A DNA stretch of 64,000 nt from positions 320,001-384,000 of the forward strand of contig CAWIMJ010000050.1 in assembly GCA_963837175.1 (NCBI GenBank). Direction: 5' to 3'. A program made the translations under genes and the position numbers. Positions within the stretch are counted from its first letter, which is position 1. The number at the start of each line of letters is the position of its first letter. The DNA is from an uncultured Nitrososphaeraceae archaeon. Lineage in GTDB: Archaea > Thermoproteota > Nitrososphaeria > Nitrososphaerales > Nitrososphaeraceae. The notes under the pieces are model-generated. The model did not search any database. It saw only the letters and a list, made by a program, of their open reading frames with translations, and was not told the origin of the DNA. Below are positions 44,867-55,660 of this stretch, one piece after another.

Positions 44867-45778
44867 ATGAAAATAGCAGTAGCGTCTCACATAGCATTGG
44901 ATACAATTCAAGACATGCAAGGAAGGATTACTGAAAGCTTAGGCGGTCCGGCGTGCTACTCCAGTATAACAGCAAGGAGATTTAATTTTAAAGTGAAACT
45001 CGCTACAAAAGTAGGTAAGGATTTTTCTCAAGACAACAGACTGATGTTACGTACTAATGGGATAGATATCGAGGATAATTTCTTCACTGACAACCCTACC
45101 ACGAGATTTCGGATTATTCAAAGAAAAGATAGTAGAGAACTATTCTTGCTATCAAAATGTGCACCAATAACAATTGAAGATATTCAAGGAATCCAAACAA
45201 ATTGTTGGATAGTAAGCCCTGTAATGGACGAGATCCCTTATCCTGTACTCCATGAAATAGTGAAAGACAAGGATAACCTCGAGTTTGTGATGCTTGATCC
45301 ACAAGGTTATATACGTACAGTAAATCCAGATGGAAGAATATCATTTCTTCATAATATAAGATTGGATTTGTCTAGAATATCGGCAATTAAAGTAGATCCT
45401 GAGGAACTCGCTGCTCTGACTGGTGGTCGTAAGGGAATTGAGGGTATGCATTTTCTACAAACCTTTAAAGGCATAAAATTTGTCATAGCTACAGAATATC
45501 AAATTATACGTTTATTATATAATAAAATGCATTATTCGATAAAACTCCCTCCTATAGATTCACCGCATTCTACTGGTATTGGAGATATTTTATCGTCTTC
45601 TTTTTGTTGCGCATATTTGAAAGAAAAAGATCCGCTGTGGGCAATTTGTTTTGCAGCCGGTGCCGTACAAGGTGCGTTAGAAACAAATTTGGTGGGTTTA
45701 GAGAAGATACCATCAAAATCAAAGATTGAACAGAATGCGTCCTATTATTATAATACCGTATCATTCCAGGAAATTTAA
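44867..45778 (+). CDS. PfkB/ribokinase family carbohydrate kinase
   Basis: LGGPACY, LDPQG, STGIGD. Confidence 0.85.
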   Translation: MKIAVASHIALDTIQDMQGRITESLGGPACYSSITARRFNFKVKLATKVGKDFSQDNRLMLRTNGIDIEDNFFTDNPTTRFRIIQRKDSRELFLLSKCAPITIEDIQGIQTNCWIVSPVMDEIPYPVLHEIVKDKDNLEFVMLDPQGYIRTVNPDGRISFLHNIRLDLSRISAIKVDPEELAALTGGRKGIEGMHFLQTFKGIKFVIATEYQIIRLLYNKMHYSIKLPPIDSPHSTGIGDILSSSFCCAYLKEKDPLWAICFAAGAVQGALETNLVGLEKIPSKSKIEQNASYYYNTVSFQEI

Positions 45779-45846
45779 TATAAAAAAAGCGAGTATATTT
45801 TTACCTTAAAATTGAAATAAATAATAATTTTATATATAGATAGAGA

Positions 45847-46851
45847 ATGAAAATAGCACTTGCAGGAGCTGACTCTAGAGATGGAGCATTGCTATCTCAA
45901 ATGAAAAAGACGCTTGACTCACTCAGTGTAGACACGCAAGTAATGAAAAATGGCGATTATAAGCTCGCTAAGGAAGTTGACCTTGTTTTATTGGCAGGAG
46001 GAGACAAAAGCATTCTTAACTACTTCCATAAAGTTGAATCTGATTCTGCTCCAGTTTTAGGAATTTATGAATCCGACTCCACCGGATTCCTTGCCCAAAT
46101 AGATGTCAAAGATTTAGAAATTGCAACTTCAAGATTAAAGAAAAGTGATTATGAAGTAGATGAGGTATTTCGTTTAGCAGTTAAAGTTGATGGTAGAGAG
46201 GTTGAACCTGTTCTGAACGATGTAGCCATTTTTCCAAGTAAAAGTGCAATTTTAATGGAACATGTACTTAAAATAGACGGGAAAGACATATGGCATGACA
46301 ATAGTGACGGTGTTATAGTATCCACTCCGACAGGATCTACTGCATATTCAATGTCAGCAGGTGGCCCTATGGTTCTACAAAGATCTCAAGTATTTATAGT
46401 AGTATCGGTAAATTCCGTGGATAACACACGTCGTCCTATGGTTATCCCTAATGACACAATATTAGAGATTGCTGATATTATGAGTAGATATCATTGCGAA
46501 GTTATACTGGATGGCGGATGTAGGTTAAGAATAAGAAAAATATTGGAATGCTATAAACACCAATTTCCAGCCAGACTTATCAGGCTAATGGGACACTCTT
46601 CTGCGACGTCGCTCATGGCTAAAAAGGTTAAACTGGCAGAAGATTTGTTAAGCATGCCTCCAAGTGCAAAATTGATTTTAAAGACGTTAGAATATGAAGG
46701 TGCACTGAGTCAAAAAGATCTTTCCGTAAGAACGATGCTTCCAGAGCGAACTATAAGGCTCTCACTTAGCCATTTGCTTAATCTCGGCTATGTTAAGAAG
46801 AAGACATCTTTACGCGATGCAAGACAGAGAATTTATGAACTTAGAATTTAG
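45847..46851 (+). CDS. NAD(+) kinase-family protein fused to a C-terminal winged-HTH
   Basis: GGDKS, GFLA, LNDV, STPTGSTAYSMSAGGP; C-terminal MPPSAKLILKTLEYEGALSQKDL...ERTIRLSLSHL...DARQRIY. Confidence 0.88.
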   Translation: MKIALAGADSRDGALLSQMKKTLDSLSVDTQVMKNGDYKLAKEVDLVLLAGGDKSILNYFHKVESDSAPVLGIYESDSTGFLAQIDVKDLEIATSRLKKSDYEVDEVFRLAVKVDGREVEPVLNDVAIFPSKSAILMEHVLKIDGKDIWHDNSDGVIVSTPTGSTAYSMSAGGPMVLQRSQVFIVVSVNSVDNTRRPMVIPNDTILEIADIMSRYHCEVILDGGCRLRIRKILECYKHQFPARLIRLMGHSSATSLMAKKVKLAEDLLSMPPSAKLILKTLEYEGALSQKDLSVRTMLPERTIRLSLSHLLNLGYVKKKTSLRDARQRIYELRI

Positions 46852-48491
46852 GATTGCAGGCTTTAATGAATGTTTCAAAAGCTTGCTCGGGCTTCCCAGG
46901 TCTGCTGTCAAATTCACAATGATATTGTACCCCAAAATAGAACTTGCAATCTGGAAGTTCCAAGATTTCTGTTCGTCTGCCCTTATCTGAGAAACCTGAT
47001 AAAACCATACCATGCTTTTCGACAATGCAGCGGTAAGCTTGGTTAAATTCAAATCTATGTCTATGTCTTCTTTGTATCATGCTTTTCCCATATATTTTCG
47101 CGGCATTAGTACGAGATATAATCTCAATATTATGTCTACCAAGCCGCATCGTTCCACCCATATCTTGGAGTGTTTTTTGCTCGGGCATATATTGCACTAC
47201 TGGATCTTTTGTCTGGAGACAAAGTTCTGTAGAATGAGCGTTTTCTAAACCACACACATTCCGTGCAAATGCCACTATCGCTAACTGAAAGCCAAAACAT
47301 ATTCCTAAATATGGTATATTCTCTAAGCGAGCAAAATTTGCCGCGTTAATTATTCCTTCACTTCCACGCTTTCCAAAGCCGCCGGGAATCAATATACCAT
47401 CAAACTTTTTTAGACAGTCAAGTTTTTTTTCTCCTTCCTCTTCTAAACTTTCTGATTCAATCCACTCAACTTCGACCTTCCTACCAATATTTGCTCCAGC
47501 ATGTAATAGTGCATGATATATACTGACATAACTATCTGGTAGACTAACATATTTTCCGACTATTGCAATATTCGTTGAACCATTATATTGATGGAAGGAT
47601 TTTGTAATTGTTTTCCAATTCCCCCATTTTGGAGTAACAATTTCTAAACAACAATTTGTTAGTGATCACCTTGACAATCCCTTGGCTCGCTAGAACTTCT
47701 GGAATTTTATAAATAGAAGGGGCATCGTGACTGGAAATAACGGACTCTTCTTTGATACTGGCAAAGAGTGAAATTTTACGCCTCGCCTCTAAAGTAAGGG
47801 GAGTTTTGCATCTAACAGCCAGAATGTCAGGCTGGATGCCGATTCTTCGTAATTCCTGGACACTATGTTGAGTAGGTTTTGTTTTTTGCTCACCTACTAC
47901 ATCCAATTTCGGTGCGAGTGTAACATGGATAAATAGCGTATTAGAGATACCATCTTCAAGTTCCATTTGCCTTAGGGCCTCCAGAAATGGAAGACTTTCA
48001 ATATCGCCTACAGTACCTCCACATTCTACAACCATAACATCTAGAGATTCTTCAGAGGCAATTTTTCGTAACTGATTTTTGATAGCATCTGTAATATGTG
48101 GAATGATCTGAACACATTGGCCAAGATATTTTCCTTCTCTCTCGCAATGAATAACGTCAAGATATACTCGTCCTGTTGTAATATTATGATCCTTAGTAAC
48201 TGCGATATCAAGAAAACGTTCGTAATTTCCGATATCCATATCGCATTCCCCGCCATCCTCGGTAACGAAAACTTCCCCATGCGCAATAGGATTCATTGTT
48301 CCTGCGTCGTAGTTTAGATAAGGATCGATCTTTACACAGGATATTTTCAAACCAGATAATTGCAGCAATTTAGCAATAGATGATGTAATTACACCTTTTC
48401 CTAGACCGGACATAACACCACCTGTGATAAAAATAAACTTTGGACTTAATCTTCTTGACCGCGCTTTGGATAGCACATTGGAGTTCAACAT
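46841..48491 (-). CDS. pyrG: CTP synthase, split by one frameshift near 47650
   Basis: [30 protein letters not shown]; the intervening frame reads [12 protein letters not shown]...[17 protein letters not shown]. Confidence 0.95.
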
Positions 48492-49034
48492 ATCACCTTT
48501 TTATTCTTTTTTAAAAAATGCGTCGTCCGGGCCAAGTGGATATGTGTCATCGCAAAACCAGTGTCTCCTAGAATATTTTCGTCATAATATCTAATATGTA
48601 GACCAAATCATATTTTCCTATTTCTTGATTGCTGCATACAGATTATTTTTCATTCTGCATCTTCATACGTTTTTACATTACATTAGCTGTTGCTCCTACA
48701 TTATAGCAACTCAGAGAGTATCAATATTACATAATTAGACGACTGACACAAAATGGTAGTGTTAATTCTACACAAATTAGTTAATGAAGAAACCCTTAAC
48801 ATCAGAAAAAATTACAAAAATGTAGATAAAAAATCTATATATGAGAGAATTCTCTGCTTTCGCAAAGAAATCTTCTATCGGAAGTTCAATAATTCTATTT
48901 TAATGCACATAAGCTTTGATTCTATCCTCTTATTAGGACTTCTAAAAAGCTGCTACATTGTAGTAAAAGAAATTGACGTGCGCCCGGAGTAGAACGCACA
49001 ATTTTATTCCTTCTTCATTCGTTTAGCTGGTTTC

Positions 49035-49301
49035 CTATTCAGGATAGTCGACAGTCGTCATCTCATCTACTCTCATGCTAATTTTATACCATTTGTCATT
49101 GTGTTTGAAAATATTTGTAGAAGCTTTTTTATTACTTGCAGAGCCATAGCCTCCTATCCTTTCACTTAACCTTGATCTCAATTTATCTACCTGATATTGC
49201 GCAATCATAAGATTGCCTATGATATTTTCAAGTTCAAGGTCTCTTTCTTCTTCCATATATGGATTATGATTGTTGTTCGAATTCTTTCTATTATTACTCA
49301 T
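49035..49301 (-). CDS. Hypothetical protein
   Basis: ATG at 49301 overlaps the end of the upstream small ORF; helical, charged. Confidence 0.6.
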   Translation of the reverse strand: MSNNRKNSNNNHNPYMEEERDLELENIIGNLMIAQYQVDKLRSRLSERIGGYGSASNKKASTNIFKHNDKWYKISMRVDEMTTVDYPE

Positions 49302-49449
49302 CTGCATTCTCGATGTACATCCTGTTTGCTATTAGGAAATGGATTTGGTCGATATATTGTGCCTTGTTCACCATAGGAGAAGATAAGTTTGCGCTACATA
49401 CAGGTACTTCCTCCTCTTCTTCATTTTGTTTTTTAACCAGTATGCTCAT
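49294..49449 (-). CDS. 51-aa hypothetical acidic protein
   Basis: Not in ORF track. MSILVKKQNEEEEEVPVCSANLSSPMVNKAQYIDQIHFLIANRMYIENADE*; 8-nt overlap (ATGAGTAA) with the next gene. Confidence 0.45.
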   Translation of the reverse strand: MSILVKKQNEEEEEVPVCSANLSSPMVNKAQYIDQIHFLIANRMYIENADE

Positions 49450-49640
49450 GGCAACATTACAATTGGCAACATCAAATAATAATGAGATAGAAGAAATGTT
49501 ATATAAGCTAAAATAATAGAATATAATAAAACAAAAACCTATTAGTTCTTTACATATTCGAAACCCTAGATAATTGCACTTAAGCGAAATTTATAGGAGC
49601 AGGACCGCTGAATATAATTCATAATATTCTATTAAATAGC

Positions 49641-50465
49641 TTATGGATGCATATACTCTGTTAATTTGCTATTTTTTGTTTCTTGGACCAAATTCTCTAG
49701 TTGCTTTCTATCAGAAAAGGTGTCAATGTCCATCAACTTTCTCATGAATTCTGTTTCGTCCTTCCCGAAATTTATCCTTTCATGATAAAATTCACTGAAA
49801 GCGAGTTTTTGGTTTATTCTATGAATATATGAAAGACAACGATATATCTTGTCTAGTTTGATATCCGCCAGTCCATTAGCAATTAATAGCCTTGCAATGC
49901 CTCTTTTTGAAATGTTAAACATTCCGTTTGTAACTAACCGATTGAATACAGAAATTACCTCGAATTTGTCATCTTCTCCCGAATAACCAATTATCGTAGT
50001 TGGAAGCAATCGCAATGTTCTGTTGCTTTTTGTATTCCTAGAATGATGCTCGTCCAAAATGAGAACGGATCTTCCGAAAGTTAGAATCGCATTAAGAATC
50101 TGGTTCGGCAAGCGTTCATCTAGAACATCGTTATCAGATTTGATTTCAATCGGGTAAAACCTAATCCAATCAATTCTGCATTTTTCTTTTCTTGCGAATT
50201 GTTTTAGGAGACTATCTCTCATCAATATATTATTATAGTTATCAAATGTTTCAATTGAATTGTATTTTATGGTGGAACTGTCGCGCTTCTCAATTATTGC
50301 AATCACAAGGTCAAAATTTCTGAAATACCCCTCTTGCTTTATTTTCATCTCTCGATTTGTGTTAGCTGACGTCGGAGGAAAGATATTGTTTTTAATATGT
50401 CCAGATGATATAGATCTTATAAAGAGAGATTTTAGTTCCTTTTCTTTCACGACTAATTGACTCAT
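49641..50465 (-). CDS. PD-(D/E)xK-fold protein (MmcB/sce7726-like)
   Basis: FDLVIA...PIEIKSDNDVLDERLPNQI....F pattern. Confidence 0.6.
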   Translation of the reverse strand: MSQLVVKEKELKSLFIRSISSGHIKNNIFPPTSANTNREMKIKQEGYFRNFDLVIAIIEKRDSSTIKYNSIETFDNYNNILMRDSLLKQFARKEKCRIDWIRFYPIEIKSDNDVLDERLPNQILNAILTFGRSVLILDEHHSRNTKSNRTLRLLPTTIIGYSGEDDKFEVISVFNRLVTNGMFNISKRGIARLLIANGLADIKLDKIYRCLSYIHRINQKLAFSEFYHERINFGKDETEFMRKLMDIDTFSDRKQLENLVQETKNSKLTEYMHP

Positions 50466-50559
50466 TGAGGGATTATATAATTTCTAATACAGGAAAATAT
50501 ATCCGTCGACTCCGAAGTTCCTGATTTAACATAATTCAAGAAGACTTTTTCTCAATACA

Positions 50560-50880
50560 ATCAATATTTGAATATGTCATTGCAATAATTAGCACATCCG
50601 AGTATTTCTTTCAAATATTTTTTGACATTCTAAAATGTCCATCAGGTATAACGCCCATAATTAGGAATTGTAGGTTGCTTCTTGAATAATTGGACTGTCT
50701 GAAATCGAATTAGAATATGGAATTCTAATATCGAGGATGTCTGCTCGACTATTTATTAAACTAAATACTATTTCTTCTGTACTAGCTCCGTCTACTAGCC
50801 ACCAAAGATATAGCAAATCAGATCATACTCATTTCACTTCGATAATTCTTTAAATCTCTTAGCCTGTTGTGTAGTAAGTT
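50560..50880 (-). pseudogene. trpA: Decayed tryptophan synthase alpha subunit (N-terminal remnant)
   Basis: Directly after trpB: KRFKELSK*NEYDLICYIFGG* / TEEIVFSLINSRADILDIRIPYSNSISDSPIIQEATYNS / GVIPDGHFRMSKNI*KKYSDVLIIAMTYSNI, compared with TrpA consensus GADiiElGiPfSDPiADGPiIQ.A...lMtY.N. Confidence 0.85.
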
Positions 50881-50885
50881 GTTTG

Positions 50886-52088
50886 TTATATTTTTCTCTC
50901 CCTACTTTTCAAATATTGTTGAACCACTTCAACATCCTTGTCTCCGCGCCCCGATAATGTAACTACAATGTTCTCATTCTTGTCTATCTTCTTTGCGAGT
51001 TTCATTGCATAAGACACAGCATGAGAGGATTCCAGAGCGGGAATTATTCCTTCAAGTTTAGATAGTTTAAGAAAGGCATTAACAGCCTCATCGTCGGTAC
51101 ATTCAAGATACTTGGCTCTTTTAAGATCCTTTAGATTAGCATGTTCTGGTCCTACCCCCGGATAATCTAAACCTGCAGAAATACTATGTGTTTCAGCTAC
51201 TTGACCAAATTTATCTTGTAGAAGGTAAGAGAGCATTCCATGTAAGACTCCTTCCGTCCCAGCGGACAGTGAGGCTGAGTGGCTTCCTGTTCTAATGCCC
51301 CTGCCTCCTGCTTCTACTCCGTACAAGGCGACATCTGAATCTTCAATAAACGAAAAGAATGTCCCCATAGCATTGCTTCCACCGCCTACGCATGCTACAA
51401 TGGCATGTGGAAGTTGATTAGATATTTCTAGCATTTGTTGCTTTATCTCATGACCAATTATACTTTGAAAATCTCTAACCATCATAGGATAAGGATGCGG
51501 TCCTACTACTGATCCTATTAAATAATAGGTATTATTTACATTAGTTATCCAGTCGCGCAAGGCTTCGTTAATGGCATCTTTAAGAGTCTTAGTCCCTGCT
51601 ACAACTGAGTGAACCTTTGCTCCCAACAATTGCATGCGAAAAACGTTCAATTTTTGTCTTTCAACATCCTTTGCTCCCATGTAAATTTCAGCATCTAGGC
51701 CAATGACAGCCGATGCAATAGCAGTGCCTACACCATGTTGACCCGCTCCTGTTTCAGCAATAACTCTTTTCTTACCCATCCGTTGTGCTAACAAGGCCTG
51801 GCCAAGAGTATTATTAATTTTGTGGGCGCCACCATGAAGAAGATCTTCCCTCTTTAGGAAAATTTTTCCACCTCCAATATATTCAGTGAGATTTTTGGCA
51901 AAATATAATGGCGTAGGACGACCTGCGTATTTAGTTAATAAATATGAAAGTTCTTTCTGAAATCCTTCATCTTTCCTGTACTTTTCATAGGCTGTTTCGA
52001 GTTCTATTATGGCAGGAACTAGAGTTTCGGGGATATATTTTCCTCCGTATTTTCCGAATTTACCTGCGACGGGATAATTAGTACTCAT
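50886..52088 (-). CDS. trpB: Tryptophan synthase beta subunit (TrpB1 type)
   Basis: [15 protein letters not shown] (PLP Lys), [32 protein letters not shown]. Confidence 0.97.
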   Translation of the reverse strand: MSTNYPVAGKFGKYGGKYIPETLVPAIIELETAYEKYRKDEGFQKELSYLLTKYAGRPTPLYFAKNLTEYIGGGKIFLKREDLLHGGAHKINNTLGQALLAQRMGKKRVIAETGAGQHGVGTAIASAVIGLDAEIYMGAKDVERQKLNVFRMQLLGAKVHSVVAGTKTLKDAINEALRDWITNVNNTYYLIGSVVGPHPYPMMVRDFQSIIGHEIKQQMLEISNQLPHAIVACVGGGSNAMGTFFSFIEDSDVALYGVEAGGRGIRTGSHSASLSAGTEGVLHGMLSYLLQDKFGQVAETHSISAGLDYPGVGPEHANLKDLKRAKYLECTDDEAVNAFLKLSKLEGIIPALESSHAVSYAMKLAKKIDKNENIVVTLSGRGDKDVEVVQQYLKSRERKI

Positions 52089-52148
52089 TATATACTATAT
52101 CTTTGGATAGCATAAAGGACTATTAAGAGATTGGGATATCGAAGCTGC

Positions 52149-52967
52149 TCAAATTGAAAGATAAAGTTGCCTAACTTTTGATGCAATATCATTTGACTCC
52201 ATGATACTCGTCCCTATTAGGAAGGCGTCGGCTCCTGCTCTCTTCAAATAACGAATTTCATTTGAGTTTGTTATCCCGCTTTCGCTAATGATAATGTTCT
52301 TTCCTTTGTCATATTTTTCAAGCAATCTGTATGTAGTCAAAATATCAATTTCCAAATTGTTCAAATTCCGATTATTTATCCCAATCAGGTCCCGATAGTC
52401 TTCTTTTAATCTTAGGCTGTCAGCAAATTCGTTTTCTGAATGAACTTCGACAAGTATCTGTAAGCCTTTCTTATGAGCATATTCTAAGAGTTTTTCTAAA
52501 CCGCTTTCTGCCAGGTTCTGATCAAATATTGCTTTGATGAATAGCACACAATCTGCGCCTATTCGTTTTGCAGCATCTATTTGAATTTCGCTAACTATTA
52601 TATCCTTCATAAGAATTGGCACTTTCATTTTTTTCCTAATCTTAGCCAAGTAGTCAATGGAGCCATTGAATAAATGTGGTTGTGTCAAAATTGAAAGACC
52701 AATAGAGCCGGATGAGATCATATTAAATGCGAGTTGAATGGAGTCCATTTCTGTTTGTGCGATAATTTGACCCTTGGAGGGAGACGCAAATTTGATTTCT
52801 GTTATAATTGGCGCATGTGAACAAGAGAGAATAGCACGCTTCATGCTAATAGAGTCATGTTTTGTGAAATCGTAATTTTGAGCATCATATGCACCTTCTT
52901 CAATAGCTTTATAGGAATTATCAGCGAGTGACTTCAGATTAAATCCTGAGTTAGCAAATCTACTCAT
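52149..52967 (-). CDS. trpC: Indole-3-glycerol phosphate synthase
   Basis: EIKFASPSKG, PILMKD, LVEVH, GINNRNL, ISESGI. Confidence 0.95.
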   Translation of the reverse strand: MSRFANSGFNLKSLADNSYKAIEEGAYDAQNYDFTKHDSISMKRAILSCSHAPIITEIKFASPSKGQIIAQTEMDSIQLAFNMISSGSIGLSILTQPHLFNGSIDYLAKIRKKMKVPILMKDIIVSEIQIDAAKRIGADCVLFIKAIFDQNLAESGLEKLLEYAHKKGLQILVEVHSENEFADSLRLKEDYRDLIGINNRNLNNLEIDILTTYRLLEKYDKGKNIIISESGITNSNEIRYLKRAGADAFLIGTSIMESNDIASKVRQLYLSI

Positions 52968-53187
52968 CTACAAAGTTTTGGAGAGCAATATTATATATTG
53001 ATATAATTACAGATGCCTGCTTCTTTAAGTAATTTCTTCATTTAATTATATTGAGTAATTGTCATAGAATGATTTCAAAAGGAGGATGGATACACAATGC
53101 AGGTTATATATAATAATATTAGTTTTTATGGCGTGAATTTTTGCCAGAATAATTAATATATTATCTGTGATAACTATTCACTTCACG

Positions 53188-54366
53188 ATGTCAGAAAGCA
53201 CAATATTCCGTGATAAATTAAAATTATCACCAAGATATGTTCCTAGTGAGCTGCCTCATCGCGAAAAACAGATTGAGCAAATTAATCATATTTATAGAGT
53301 GTCATATTCGAATCCAAGTAAATTTCCATTAACTGTATTGCAAATAGTTGGCTCTGCAGGAATCGGCAAAACTTCTACTGTTCTTAAATTCTCTAAACTT
53401 TTAGCAGATAATTTTTTGCACAATAGATTAACTCTGAAGACAGCATATGTTAATCTAAAATTACAAGGAGGCAATAAATATGCAATCTATAGGTTCCTGT
53501 TAGAAAGAGTTGCGCCAGAGTTGCCGTCACAAGGACTCAGTGCAGAAGAGATGTTAAGATACATGTTACGTTATCTGTATGAAAATAATATTTATTTACT
53601 AATAATCCTTGATGAGATCGATTATTTAATAAAGATTAGCAAAGATACTGGCATAATCTATGATTTAACTCGTCTTAATGAATTTGATCCCGACGCACCA
53701 TGCAATGTGAAGGGAGTGATATTTATTGCAAGAAGCACAGACTTCTACAACAAACTCGATCAAGCGGAGTTGAGCACATTAGGAAAAATTCCATTGGAAT
53801 TTCCAATATATTCTATTAAGCAGGTTAGTGACATATTGATAAATAGGTGTGCGGAAGCATTTATTGGAAACGCCATAGGATCAAATATACTGGACGAAGT
53901 AGCAAAAATCACTGTTTCACCTACAAATAATGGTGATATAAGGTATGCACTTGATCTTCTCCTGTATGCTGGAAATCTCGCTGAAGTACAAGGAACAGGT
54001 AGGATAACTCTCGATCAAATCCGAAAGGTTCATGGTCAGATTCATCCTTCTATAAACACCGAAGAAATAGAAGAATTACCAAAGAATCACATTTTCACCC
54101 TCATGGCAGTGATAAGGGCGCTTCGTGCAAGAAAAAAGCAGTATGTAGAACTTAAAGAAATTCGACTCCATGCATTAGAATTATCAGAAGAATTTAAATT
54201 AAAAAAACTGGATGTAGAAGATTATCTCAATGATTTAGAGGCAAGAAAAATTATTGAAATTAGATCATTAAAGGAAATAGGAATGCATATAACTTCACTC
54301 CATGAACTTGAGCCAATACTTCAAAAACGGATCAAACGTGCTAATATTAATGATTCTAGAGAGTAA
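53188..54366 (+). CDS. cdc6: Orc1/Cdc6 replication initiator family AAA+ ATPase
   Basis: LSPRYVPSELPHRE, Walker A GSAGIGKT, Walker B IILDEID, GDIRYALDLL; ATG at 53188. Confidence 0.93.
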   Translation: MSESTIFRDKLKLSPRYVPSELPHREKQIEQINHIYRVSYSNPSKFPLTVLQIVGSAGIGKTSTVLKFSKLLADNFLHNRLTLKTAYVNLKLQGGNKYAIYRFLLERVAPELPSQGLSAEEMLRYMLRYLYENNIYLLIILDEIDYLIKISKDTGIIYDLTRLNEFDPDAPCNVKGVIFIARSTDFYNKLDQAELSTLGKIPLEFPIYSIKQVSDILINRCAEAFIGNAIGSNILDEVAKITVSPTNNGDIRYALDLLLYAGNLAEVQGTGRITLDQIRKVHGQIHPSINTEEIEELPKNHIFTLMAVIRALRARKKQYVELKEIRLHALELSEEFKLKKLDVEDYLNDLEARKIIEIRSLKEIGMHITSLHELEPILQKRIKRANINDSRE

Positions 54367-54646
54367 ACTAACTAGTAAAGAGATAGTGGAGATAGGTCTT
54401 GGAAGTATCGGCAAAGTGAAAATAATAAAGGCCTTAGAGGAACAGGGGAAAATGGTTACCGTATATACTTTGCAGAAGAAAACTCATTTAAAGAGAGAGG
54501 ATATCAAACGCAATCTAAATGATTTAATGAAAATTGGCTGGGTCAAAGAAAGTAAGCTCGCTAATATTATGTACAGTTTGAATAAAGAGGACCATTATAT
54601 TATTTGCATGATTGCATTTTTCAAAGAGGTAGGGTACATTTGTTAG
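54350..54646 (+). CDS. Winged-HTH protein coupled to cdc6
   Basis: LGSIGKVKIIKAL...TVYTLQKKTHLKREDIKRNLNDLMKIGWV; ATG at 54350 overlaps the end of cdc6. Confidence 0.8.
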   Translation: MILESKLTSKEIVEIGLGSIGKVKIIKALEEQGKMVTVYTLQKKTHLKREDIKRNLNDLMKIGWVKESKLANIMYSLNKEDHYIICMIAFFKEVGYIC

Positions 54647-54838
54647 CAACTAATGACGATATCTATTAGATTATCAGTCGTCGTTTTAAGCCGAATATTC
54701 ACTATTAAAATTCTCCTCTATCCTTTTTAATTGACCTAGCCTTAAAAAAATGAGGATTATCTTATCGGTACTCCTGTCGTATTACCTCTATAGGATTGAA
54801 TAAAAGCGATAATGCAAATCTAATTTATCATCAAAAGT

Positions 54839-55171
54839 TTACGGAATTACGATGCCTGACATATCTTTTGCAAAAAGCATATTATTCAAAGTTACCTGAA
54901 ATCTTGTACCGTTCCGTTCTACAAGTAATTCAATATCATCAAGAGAATCTGAGATCTCGGCTCCTTCATTTTTTTTTATTACTACATGAATGGATTCATG
55001 AGAAATTAATGCTTCTATAAACGGCTCGATATATTCAAAATCACCTGTCTTATGGCAGGAACGGTTTTTGGATAGTATGATTAACATTGTTTGATTGTGA
55101 TATGTAAAGTATGGTGGAGATTCATCGATCGCACAAGCTAAAGCAAAATTATTTATCGTCACACCTATCAA
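54839..55171 (-). CDS. Small HExxH (zincin-like) protein
   Basis: LISHESIHVVI. Confidence 0.65.
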   Translation of the reverse strand: MIGVTINNFALACAIDESPPYFTYHNQTMLIILSKNRSCHKTGDFEYIEPFIEALISHESIHVVIKKNEGAEISDSLDDIELLVERNGTRFQVTLNNMLFAKDMSGIVIP

Positions 55172-55660
55172 TATATCCTTATATATTGCAAGAATTTATA
55201 TGCTCATATCTTTAGGATGAAAACTAGAATCGTGTCCTATGAATGATATGCAAAAGTATAACAAACAGATAATTTCTCTTTAGCCTCCTATTTCTATACA
55301 TAGGATTTATCTTCTAAATAATCTACTCTAGAGGAATACGTAAGAATAGCGTTGCTCTGTAAGATTAAAACGTATGTATGGTTTCGTTTGTAGATTTGAG
55401 AATACTAGAAGATGATAGCGAAATTAATGAAAGCATATCCTCTAGTTAAAAAACTGCTATCCCTATTATATATCGTGAAGATTTATTTACTATATTTTTA
55501 ACTTTTCATAATCTCATGAGAACGTTGAATAAAGATCAAACTGAATGTCAATGATACAAGCTAATAAAGATATTGTTATGGATCGAGTTTATTCTTTTGA
55601 TTCTAAGTTAATATAGCATAATAATAATAATAATAATAATTTAGATAGCCTTTAGATAGC

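Noticed and set aside
48493-48636. In-frame TGA read-through (selenoprotein-like) ORF upstream of pyrG
   Set aside because: No recognisable protein similarity or SECIS-like structure; likely chance.
52968-53187. Replication origin beside cdc6
   Set aside because: AT-rich, but I could not find repeated ORB-like boxes.
55619-55640. (AAT)n microsatellite, with a similar one near 2500
   Set aside because: Short intergenic low-complexity runs expected in an AT-rich genome.
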